From Octopus sinensis (lineage: Eukaryota), in NCBI RefSeq assembly GCF_006345805.1, contig NW_021831856.1, forward strand, positions 2,695 to 66,694: DNA of 64,000 nucleotides, in the 5' to 3' direction. A program made the translations under genes and the position numbers. The stretch's first letter is position 1, and the number at the start of each line of letters is the position of its first letter. The notes below the pieces were generated by a model, which was not told the origin of the DNA, made no database searches, and saw only the letters and a program-made list of their open reading frames with translations. Positions 53,564 through 64,000 of the stretch are shown piece by piece.

Positions 53564-54744
53564 TATATATACATGTACAGTAAGTACTGCTTATGTATGC
53601 ATGTATGAAGGCACTGGAATATCTTAGTAATATCAACTTGGCACCCAATAAATGTGAACGAATTAAGTTAGCATGAATAATTTAGGAGATACGAAGGTCG
53701 TTTGTTCAGTTTTATTAGAGTTTAACAGTTTCAAGACGGTTACATTTTGCACATGCGTGCGTGCACACAGACGCGTGAGCGCACACAAACATACACATAC
53801 ACAAACAGACACAGACTCACACTTGTATACATCTATACACATTCACAGATATCAATACGCGTGAATTACCACACAGTCAATCCTGCGCTTATATACGTGA
53901 TTTCTTAACTGGGACTAGAGCTGTTCCTGCTTACTGAGCCTGAGAGCGAATGACACAATGAGATGACAGAGACGGTGAATATTCTCCTTAAGGTGTGGGA
54001 ACGACTTTAACGCTTGTATCTTTTGTTGTTTTTCTTTCTTTATCTTGAGCGGTCTTTTTCCTATGAGTGAAAAAATATATGGTGTTACCATATTTTCATA
54101 AATTTCATTTATTGGAATATCCCTATAGTTTTAGTACTTGTTGATTGTGCCATTTCGCCCATTATTCTGGACTCGTCAGTATAATATACATTGGAAATAT
54201 GAAATTCTTTAGTCTACATTTGGAAGGTTTACGAATTAAATACGATCGATTTTCCTATTCAGTTGCGTTTCGTTTTGTTATTGCCCTCTCTTTTAAGGAA
54301 AAAGAGATAGAGGCAAGGAGGCAAGGAGAGGAAACTCTCAGAGTCATCTAAAGTTAAAATTAGTATTAAATTTTAAGATTAAAATTAAAACTATAAATGA
54401 GGCTTAAATACGATCGATTTTTCTATTTTCATTATCCTTAAAAGTGGAGAGAAGAAGGAGAGGAAGAGAGATATAGTGATAGGAAGAGGGGAAATCTCTT
54501 ACACGTTTTAGTTTTCATCTTAGAAGTTTGGTAACATTTCATATTTTTTCTTCTAGTACGGATTCACCTTGTGTTCGCTTCTTGTAGACACGTTTAACGT
54601 TTTCTCCAAAACAACCTACAATTCCTTGTCTGTTTAGTTAGTGGAAACATGTTTTCAACAAAGTTTGTGTTAGGAACTCTTTCTCCGAATTTATGGGAAA
54701 CGCATGTAAGCTAACTGGAATAAAATGTATATATATCTATGAAA

Positions 54745-54812
<68 letters not shown>

Positions 54813-54859
54813 TATGCGTGTGTATATATATGTATATATATATATATTATACATATATA

Positions 54860-54935
<76 letters not shown>

Positions 54936-55305
54936 CTAGCAGTATAGCCCAGCGTTGCTCGGGTTTGTTTTCTTTTCGTCCCTTTAGAGTTGGAAATTTG
55001 AAAAGTAAGCTTATTATTCTCTTTAAGCGAACATTTTTCTGGTTGAAATACAGCGCAAAATGGCGACACAGCAGTCAAAAAACCGTAAAAGAAAAGGGAT
55101 TTTCATAGAAAAAAAAGCACCTTTGTGATGTAAGTAATTTTTGGTCTTAACATGGTCTGATTAAATAAAGAATAAAGAGCAAGCCTTCTTCTATCATGGT
55201 TTCAATTTTGGTTAACTTGCGCCGCAGGGTCTCCGAAGAGATAGTGTTAGTTGAAGGCTACCAAACCTGCCACACACACACACAGACAACTTCAGCTTCA
55301 TATAT
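54936..55305 (-). mobile_element. Second copy of the Helitron-like element
   Basis: Colinear with 52005-52385, same termini. Confidence 0.65.
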
Positions 55306-55453
55306 ATATATATATACTGAATATCAGTGATTCACTCCACTGTTATACCGAGCTGCAAATATATATATTCAGTGTATATTTAATCGTTAAATGGGTAAAT
55401 ATTGCGTACATATGACGAGAATTCTCCGTCGTGCAAATTTTACGTAAGTTGTC

Positions 55454-56105
55454 ACTTAAGAATAACTAAGTAACGGCGAGTGAACCGGGAGAAGCCCAAC
55501 GCCGAATCTCGTCGGCCGCGCCGGTCGTCGAGAGCTGTGGCGCAAGGGTCGTACACGGTCGATCGTTTCGCCCGGCTAGGTTCGGAGTCCCCTCGATCGG
55601 GGCTGCCCAGAGCGGGTGCCAGGCCCATTCGGAGCCGGCGGCGATCGGCGGTGTTCATCGGCCCGAGAGTCGGGTTGCTTGGGAACGCAGCCCAAAGCGG
55701 GTGGTAAGCTCCATCCAAGGCTAAATACGGGGACGAGTCCGATAGCCGACAAGTACCGCGAGGGAAAGTTGAAAAGAACTTTGGAGAGAGAGTTCAAGAG
55801 ACCGTGAAACCACCCAGGGGTAAACGGGTAGGACCGCTCACCGCGATCGCGAGGGGACTCAGTCCGCTGCTTCACGCCGAGGCGCCGTCGTCGTCGACGA
55901 ACGCGCCGGTGGCGGCCGCTCGTTCCGCGGGCAGTCGTCTGCCGTCTCGTCGGCGTTCGATTCCCGGGGCGCCGGCATCGGACGCACTTCCCCTCCGATC
56001 CGTCGTCGCGACCCGTTTCCCGTCGGGCCGGTAGGCGCGCGGCGTCCGCAGGTCGCAGACGAGAGCCCCGTCGCCGCCGCGCAAGCGGCGGTCGGTGGGA
56101 TCCAC
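55454..56105 (+). pseudogene. 28S: 28S rRNA pseudogene fragment (5' end, D1-D2 region)
   Basis: Conserved LSU blocks AGTAACGGCGAGTGAA, GAGTCGGGTTGCTTGGGAACGCAGCCC, GGTGGTAAGCTCCATCCAAGGCTAAATAC and ACAAGTACCGCGAGGGAAAGTTGAAAAGAACTTTGGAGAGAGAGTTCAAGAG. There is an internal deletion near the 5' end, and it stops just before the expected GACCCGTCTTGAAACACGGACC block. No 5.8S or 18S nearby. Confidence 0.9.
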
Positions 56106-56728
56106 GCGCTCTTCTCGACCGGGCCCGTCGCTTCCCGTTCCGCCACAGGCGACGCGGCGTCTCCGAAAGAGAGCGGTGCCGTGTCTGTCCCTTCTTCCCT
56201 GGACAGAACCGTGGCTTCAACTCCGGGTTTCGCTAGCGTTTCTGCAGCTTTTTTTTCCCTTCCCGGTATCACCCCGCCTTGGCGCGCGTCGTTTTCGTGG
56301 CGACCACCGTCATGGCACTCGCTCGTTGACCGCAGTCCGGACGCAGTTCGTCGCAGCCGTTTCGAAAGGATCGGGTGGAGGAAGCGACGACGACCACCGA
56401 CGCGTAGGGCGCCGGGCGAGTCTAAAAGCTGCAGCGGGCCCGCGCCAATCGCCGCTGCCCCTCTCGTCTGCCGACCTAGTCGCTGGCCTTCTTCGCCTTC
56501 TCCTCTTCCTCTTCCGCCCGGAACCGGCCCCACTTCAAATCGACCCGCACCGGAGCCCGTCCGCAGCATGACAATACACAGCCTAAGTTGATACCGACAA
56601 CTCTTGAAATTATAACTAGGAATATTCATTTTAAAATAAACACATGGGATACGGATGGATAGTTTTAAAAGAAATGTGTGAATGAAATATAAATGGGCAT
56701 ACAAACACAGTCACCAGCAGGTAAAGAG

Positions 56729-56761
<33 letters not shown>

Positions 56762-56762
<1 letters not shown>

Positions 56763-57154
56763 TTTTTATCTGTTTCAGTCATTTTGACTGCGGCCATGCT
56801 GGAGCACCGCCTTTAATCGAGCAACTCGACCCCGGGACTTATTCTTTGTAAGCCCAGTACTTATTCTATCGGTCTCTTTTGCCGAACCGCTAAGTGACGG
56901 GGACATAAACACACCAGCATCGGTTGTCAAGCAATGCTAGGGGAACAAACACAGACACACAAACATACACGCACATACATATATATATACATATATACGA
57001 CGGGCTTCTTTCAGTTTCCGTCTACCAAACCCACTCACAAGGCTTTGGTTGGCCCGAGGCTAAAGTAGAAAACACTTGCCCAAGGTGCCACGCAGTGGGA
57101 CTGAACCCGGAACCATGTGGTTGGTAAACAAGCTACTTACTACACAGCCACTCC
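56762..57154 (-). mobile_element. Near full-length tRNA/CORE-type SINE
   Basis: Reverse complement of the 42393 family. Confidence 0.9.
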
Positions 57155-57784
57155 CGCGCCGGTGTTAGGAAACACCTACCTTGCTAGAAATAAGGGCTAA
57201 ACCGCTATAATGCTGTAGTTAACGCACAGGAATTAAAACATATACAGTAACAGGGACCATAATCATCTGAAAAGGGCTGATTGAAAATTCATAATAATGA
57301 CGCGTCAGTTTCAGTGATTTCCGTTGCCTCATCAGTCAAGACCGCTCGATTGTTCGGCTCTTTTTAGATACGCCTATTAGTATTTACGATTTCGTCATCC
57401 AAATCATTGTTTGATGTAGCGATTCACTGTGTATATATACAATTAATATAAACATCAGTATGCAATCGATCGGTACTTTGGTCCATGTTAGTGTATGTTT
57501 TTATTCATGTGCGTTAACAACAACATTAGAGTGATTTAGCTCTTATTTCTAGCAATGTAGGTATTTCCTAACACCCTAGTCACATTTAGTGATATTTCTA
57601 ATTCTCCTTTTTGGTGAAATATTGCAAGCTGCTGTTTATATTAATTATATTTTTATATATATGTGTGTGTGTGTTTGTGTGTGTGTGTGTGGATAAATAA
57701 ATAAGTAGACAGACAGATAAAGATGAATGGCGGTGCCCCAGCATGGCCACAGCTCGTGAGCTGAAACTAGTTAAAATAAAAAAT

Positions 57785-60700
57785 AATTTTACTCAAAAAT
57801 TTACCGAAAATTTTCATAGAAAATTTACCCCAAAATTTAACGAAAATTTTCACCTAAAATTTTCCCCAAAGGCTTTTCGAAAATTTTACCCAAAAATTTT
57901 TTGAAAATTTATGCCGAAAATTTACCCAAAAATTTTACTAAAAATTTTCACGGAAAATTTTCCCCAAATGTTTTTCGAAAATTTTCCCCAAAAAGTTTTC
58001 CTAAATTTTCACCGAAAATTTTACGCAAAAATTTTTAGAAATTTTTGCCGAAAATTTTCCTAAAAATTTTTTGAAAATTTAACCAAAAAATTTTTCGAAA
58101 ATTTTCACAGAAAACTTTCCCCAAAAATTTTTCGAAAAATTTTGAACAAAATTCTTCACCGATTTTTGCCCCCCTGGCCTTCCATACTTTGTGATTTGGG
58201 CACCACTGGCCTTCCATAGTTTGTGATTTGGGCACCGCTGGCCTTCCATACTTTTTGATTTTGGCACCGCTGGCCTTCCATACTTTTTTATTTTGGCACA
58301 GCTGCCCTTCCATAATTTATGATTTGGGCACCGCTGGCCTTCATACTTTAAGATTTTGGCCACGCCGGCCTTCCATACTTTGTGATTTTGGCACCGCTGG
58401 CTTTCTGATTTTTCGAAAATTTTTCAAAAAATTTTTCCAAAAATGTTACCGGAAATTTTACCCAAAAATTTTTCGAAAATTTTCCCAAAAATTTTACGCA
58501 AATTTTCCCAAAAATTTTCCGAAAATTTTACCCAAAAATTTTTCGAAAATTTTCCCCAAGAATTTTTCGAAAATTTTCCCCAAAACTTTTTCGAAAATTT
58601 TCCCCAAAAATTTTTCGAAAATTTTCACCGAATATTTTACCCCAAAATTTTTCGAAAATTTTCACCGAATATTTTACCCAAAAATTTTTCGAAAATTTCC
58701 ACGAAAATTTTACTCAAAAGTCTTTCGAAAATTTTCACCGAATATTTTACCGGAAAATTTTTCGAAAATTTTCTCTGACCTAAAAATAGATTAATGTTAT
58801 GGCTAAAAATAGATTTTTAGGTGGCGTCTGCTGCTGCTGCTTTCTGTGTATATATAGAGTGAATTCTGGCTTACTACTAGAATCAAGATGCTTCATCATA
58901 CACGATACACCAGATTCTGCTTTACACTTAACAACTATGATGATGTCGTCGTTTGTAGATCTCAGCATATGGAGCATATTCGTTATGTGGTTTTTCGAAA
59001 GTTTTCACAGAAAATTTTACCCAAAAATTTTTCGAATATTTTCACCAAAAATCTTTCGAAAATTTTCACCTAAAATTTTACCCAGAAAAATAACTGAAAC
59101 ACGTGAAGAGTTAAAGAGAAAAAGAAGGAACACAAACACATATTTTCGAAAAATTTTGGGGTCAAATTTTCGGCAAAATTTTCGAAAAATTGTTGCTCAA
59201 AATTGTTGCTCAAATACACCAGATTCTGCTTAACACTTAACATCTATGACGATGTCGACGTTTATAGACCTTAGCATATTCGTTATATGATTTTTCGATA
59301 ATTTTCACCGAAAATTTTACCCAAAAATTTTTCGAAAATTTTCGCCGTAAATTTTCCCCCAAAATTTTTCGAAACTTTTCATCGGAAATTTTCTCGAAAA
59401 ATTTCTGGAAATTTTTGTCGAAAATTTTCCCAAAAATTTTTCGAAAATTTTCACCGAAAATTTTCCCGAAAGGTTTTTCGAAAATTTTCCCCCAAAATTT
59501 TTCGAAACTTTTCATCGCAAATTTTCTCGAAAATTTCTGGAAATTTTTGTCGAAAATTTTCCCAAAAATTTTACGAAAATTTTCACCGAAAATTTTCGGA
59601 AAGGTTTTTCGAAAATTTTCCCCCAAAATTTTTCGAAAATTTTCACCGAATATTTTACCAACAAATTTTTCGTGAATTTTCAATGAAAATTTTACTCAGA
59701 AATTTTCCGAAAATTTTACACAACAATTTTTTGAAAATTTTGCCGAAAAATTTACGAAAATTTTCACCGAAAATTTTACCCAAATTTAACTGAAAATTTA
59801 CCGAAAATTTTCATAGAAAATTTTACCCAAAAATTTTACGAAAATTTTCAACTAAAATTTTCCCCAAAGGCTTTTCGAAAATATTACCCAAAAATTTTTC
59901 GAAAATTAATGCCGAAAATTTACCCAAAATTTTACTAAAAATTTTCACGGAAAATTTTCCCCAAATGTTTTTCGAAAATTTTCCCCAAAAAGTTTTCCTA
60001 AATTTTCACCGAAAATTTTACGCAAAAATTTTTAGAAATTTTTGCCGAAAATTTTCCTAAAAATTTTTCGAAAATTTTCACTGAAAATTTTACCAAAAAA
60101 TTTTTCGAAAATTTTCACGAAAAATTTTCCCAAAAATTTTTCGAAAATTTTCACAGAAAACTTTCCCCAAAAATTTTTCGAAAAATTTTGAACAAAATTC
60201 TTCACCGATTTTTGCCCCCCTGGCCTTCCATACTTTGTGATTTGGGCACCACTGGCCTTCCATAGTTTGTGATTTGGGCACCGCTGGCCTTCCATACTTT
60301 TTGATTTTGGCACCGCTGGCCTTCCATACTTTTTTAATTTTGGCACAGCTGCCCTTCCATAATTTATGATTTTGGCACCGCTGGCCTTCCATACTTTAAG
60401 ATTTTGGCCACGCCGGCCTTCCATACTTTGTGATTTTGGCACCGCTGGCTTTCTGATTTTTCGAAAATTTTTCAAAAAAATTTTTCCAAAAATGTTACCG
60501 GAAATTTTACCCAAAATTTTTCGAAAATTTTCCCCAAAAATTTTACGCAAATTTTCCCAAAAATTTTCCGAAAATTTTACCCAAAAATTTTTCGAAAATT
60601 TTCCCCAAGAATTTTTCGAAAATTTTCCCCAAAACTTTTTCGAAAATTTTCCCCAAAAATTTTTCGAAAATTTTCACCGAATATTTTACCCAAAAATTTT

Positions 60701-63700
60701 TCGAAAATTTTCACCGAATATTTTACCCAAAAATTTTTCGAAAATTTTCCACGAAAATTTTACTCAAAAGTCTTTCGAAAATTTTCACCGAATATTTTAC
60801 CGGAAAATTTTTCGAAAATTTTCTCTGACCTAAAAATAGATTAATGTTATGGCTAAAAATAGATTTTTAGGTGGCGTCTGCTGCTGCTGCTTTCTGTGTA
60901 TATATAGAGTGAATTCTGGCTTACTACTAGAATCAAGATGCTTCACCATACACGATGCACCAGATTCTGCTTTACACTGGAGCATATGGAGCATATTCGT
61001 TATGTGGTTTTTCGAAAGTTTTCACAGAAAATTTTACCCAAAAATTTTTCGAATATTTTCACCAAAAATCTTTCGAAAATTTTCACCTAAAATTTTACCC
61101 AGAAAAATAACTGAAACACGTGAAGAGTTAAAGAGAAAAAGAAGGAACACAAACACATATATATATATTTTCGAAAAATTTTGGGGTAAAATTTTCGGCA
61201 AAATTTTCGAAAAATTGTTGCTCAAAATTGTTGCTCAAATACACCAGATTCTGCTTAACACTTAACATCTATGACGATGTCGACGTTTATAGACCTTAGC
61301 ATATTCGTTATATGATTTTTCGAAAATTTTCACCGAAAATTTTCCCAAAAATTTTACGAAAATTTTCACCGAAAATTTTACCCAAAAATTTTCGAAAATT
61401 TTCCCCAAAAATTTTTCGAAACTTTTCATCGGAAATTTTCTCGAAAAATTTCTGGAAATTTTTGTCGAAAATTTTCCCCAAAAATTTTACGAAAATTTTC
61501 ACGGAAAATTTTCCCCAAAGGCTTTTCGAAAATTTTCCCCAAAATTTTTCGAAAATTTTCACCGAAAATTTTACGCAAAAATTTTTAGAAATTTTTGCCG
61601 AAAATTTTCCTAAAAATTTTTCGAAAATTTTCACGAAAAATTTTCCGGAAAGGTTTTTCGAAAATTTTCTCCAAAAATTTTCGTAAATTTTCAACCGAAT
61701 ATTTTACCAACAAATTTTTCGTGAATTTTCAATGAAAATTTTACTCAGAAATTTTCCGAAAATTTTACACAACAATTTTTTGAAAATTTTGCCGAAAAAT
61801 TTACGAAAATTTTCACCGAAAATTTTACCCAAATTTAACTGAAAAATTTACCGAAAATTTTCATAGAAAATTTTACCCAAAAATTTTACGAAAATTTTCA
61901 ACTAAAATTTTCCCCAAAGGCTTTTCGAAAATATTACCCAAAAATTTTTCGAAAATTAATGCCGAAAATTTACCCAAAAATTTTACTAAAAATTTTCACG
62001 GAAAATTTTCCCCAAATGTTTTTCGAAAATTTTCCCAAAAAAGTTTTCCTAAATTTTCACCGAAAATTTTACGCAAAAATTTTTAGAAATTTTTGCCGAA
62101 AATTTTCCTAAAAATTTTTTCGAAAATTTTCACTGAAAATTTTACCAAAAAATTTTTCGAAAATTTTCACGAAAAATTTTCCCCAAAAATTTTTCGAAAA
62201 TTTTCACAGAAAACTTTCACCAAAATTTCTTCACCGATTTTGGCTTCCCTGGCCTTCCATACTGTTTGATTTTGGCACCGCTGGCCATCCATACTTTTTG
62301 ATTTCGGCACCGCTGTCCTTCCATTCTTTTTAATTTTGGAACCGCTGGCCTTCCATACTTTATGATTTTGGCACCGCTCGTCTACCATACTTTAAGATTT
62401 TGGCCCCGCCGGCCTTCCATACTTTTCGATTTTGGCTCCGCTGGCTTTGTAATTTTTCGAATATTTTTCCGAAAAAGTTTTTCCAAAATTTTCCCCAAAA
62501 ATTTTACGTAAATTTTCACCGAAAATTTTCCCCAAATGTTTTTCGAAAGTTTTCCCGAAAATTTTTTCAAAAATTTTGACCTCAAATTTTACCGAAATAT
62601 TTTTCGGGAATTTTCACAAAAATTTTTCGAAAACTTTGACGGAAATTTTCCTCAAAATTTTTCCGAAAATTTTACCCAAAAATTTTTCGAAAATTTTCAC
62701 CGAAACCTTTTCGAAAATTTTCATCGCAAATTTTCGCTTAAAATTTTCCGAAAATTTTTACCGAAAATTTTCACTAAAAATTTTTTGAAACTTTTCACCG
62801 AATATTTTACCCGAAAATTTTCGAAAATTTTGAACGAAAACTTTGCTCAAACCTTTTCCGAAAATTTTACAGAAAGAGTGCCGAAAATTTTACGAAAATT
62901 TTACCCAAAATTTCTCGAAAATTTTCCCCGAAAATTTTACCCAAAAATTTTTCGAAAATTTTCAAAGAAAATTTTACTCAAAAATTTCCCGAAAATTTTC
63001 ACAGAAAATTTTCTCCAAAAATTTTCCCCAAAAATTTATCGAAAATGTTCACCGAAAATTTTACCCAAAAATTTTTTGAAAATTTTCACCAGAAATCTTT
63101 TGAAAATTTTCACCGAAAATTTTCCTCAAGAATTTTTTGAAAATTTTCCCCGAGCTAAAAATAGATTTGTTATGGCTAACAATAGATCTCTAGGTGGCTG
63201 CTGCTGCTGCTTTCTGTGTATATATGGAGTGAATTTTGGTTTACAGTCAAGATACCTCATCATCCATGATACACCAAATTCTGCTTTACACTTAACACCT
63301 ATGACGATGGCGACGTTTATAGAGCATATTCGTTATATGGTTTTTCGAAAATTTTCACTGGAAACTTTCCCCAAAATTTTTCGAAAAATTTTGACCAAAA
63401 ATTCTTCACCGATTTTGGCACCCCTGGCCTTCCATACTTTGTGATTTGGGCACCGCTGGCCTTCCGTACTTTTGGATTTGGGCACCGATGGCCTTCCATA
63501 CTTTTTGATTTTGGCACCGCTGCCCTCCCATAATTTATGATTTTGGCACCGCTCGTCTTCCATACTTTAAGATTTTGGCCCCGCCGGCCTTCCATACTTT
63601 GTGATTTTGGCACCGCTGGCTTTCTGATTTTTCGAAAATTTTTCCCAAAAATTTTTCCAAAAATTTTACCGGAAATTTTACCCAAAATTTTTCGAAAATT

Positions 63701-63930
63701 TTACCCAAAAATTTTTCGCAAATTTTCCCCAAAAATTTTCCGAAAATTTAACCCAAAAATTTTTCGAAAATTTTCCCCAAGAATTTTTCGAAAATTTTCC
63801 TCAAAACTTTTTCGAAAATTTTCCCCAAAAATTTTTCGAAAATTTTCAAAATTTTCCACGAAAATTTTACTCAAAAGGTTTTCGAAAATTTTCACCGAAT
63901 ATTTTACCGGAAATTTTTCGAAAATTGGCT
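57785..63930. repeat. Complex satellite: GAAAATTTTC scaffold, 31-bp unit clusters and unique cassettes, about 2.0-2.05 kb higher-order unit, roughly three units
   Basis: AAAATTTACCGAAAATTTTCATAGAAAA recurs near 57797, 59795 and 61845. Cassette ATGs at 58888 and 60938 are 2050 bp apart. Confidence 0.93.
58888..58995 (+). pseudogene. Fragment resembling the N-terminus of a CRESS-DNA-virus (circo/nano-like) Rep: MLHHTRYTRFCFTLNNYDDVVVCRSQHMEHIRYVVF
   Basis: RCR motif I-like FTLNN preceded by R..C, then IRYVVF at the spacing of the next Rep beta-strand. It is cut off by satellite before motif II. Related copies at about 59213, 60938, 61237 and 63250. Confidence 0.6.
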
Positions 63931-64000
63931 GAAAGCTGGCTGAAACTTTAACAACATACTAGCAGAGCCAGAGACAATGCCTTAAACTTAGATATGTTTC

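Noticed and set aside
55452-56704. Long Arg/Gly/Pro-rich ORFs of up to 281 aa on both strands
   Set aside because: A by-product of GC-rich 28S-derived sequence lacking stop codons.
57300-57345. CTGATGA..GAAAC hammerhead-like words on the minus strand
   Set aside because: Stems I and II do not pair convincingly; at best a decayed remnant.
59300-59700. TTC/GAA-rich repeats as heat-shock element arrays
   Set aside because: The spacing is mostly TTCGAA or GAA-N4-TTC, not the nGAAnnTTCn register that HSF requires.
62536-63444. 302-aa Lys/Phe/Asn-rich ORF and similar ORFs in all the satellite blocks
   Set aside because: A translation of the GAAAATTTTC scaffold, which rarely produces stop codons. 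No protein-like complexity.

Overview
Repeat-saturated, AT-rich eukaryotic DNA. The dense (TA)n/(CA)n/(TACA)n microsatellites and the tRNA-derived SINE families suggest an octopus or other coleoid cephalopod (inference, no database check). Nearly all ORFs in the supplied track are microsatellite, satellite or rDNA artefacts. One convincing host gene was found by reading splice sites: a + strand neuropeptide precursor. It has two tandem paralogous peptide exons (7368-7481 and 8400-8519, both phase 2-2, each KR-Q..D..AEY.A..AL..C.xVACG.VD..) and a downstream exon (23141-23258) supplying a G-KKKR amidation/cleavage signal and the stop. Splice choice would decide which 35-37 aa disulfide-looped peptide is amidated. 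The signal-peptide exon was not located. The rest is transposon debris (R4/Dong-like, RTE and CR1 LINE fragments; Tc1, mariner and maT-like elements; hAT, Helitron and Helentron-type MITEs; Penelope-like pieces with hammerhead-like motifs; many SINEs), a rearranged 28S rRNA pseudogene, and three A-tract satellites. The largest satellite (about 2 kb higher-order unit) carries repeated fragments resembling the N-terminus of a CRESS-DNA-virus Rep (RFCFTLNNY).
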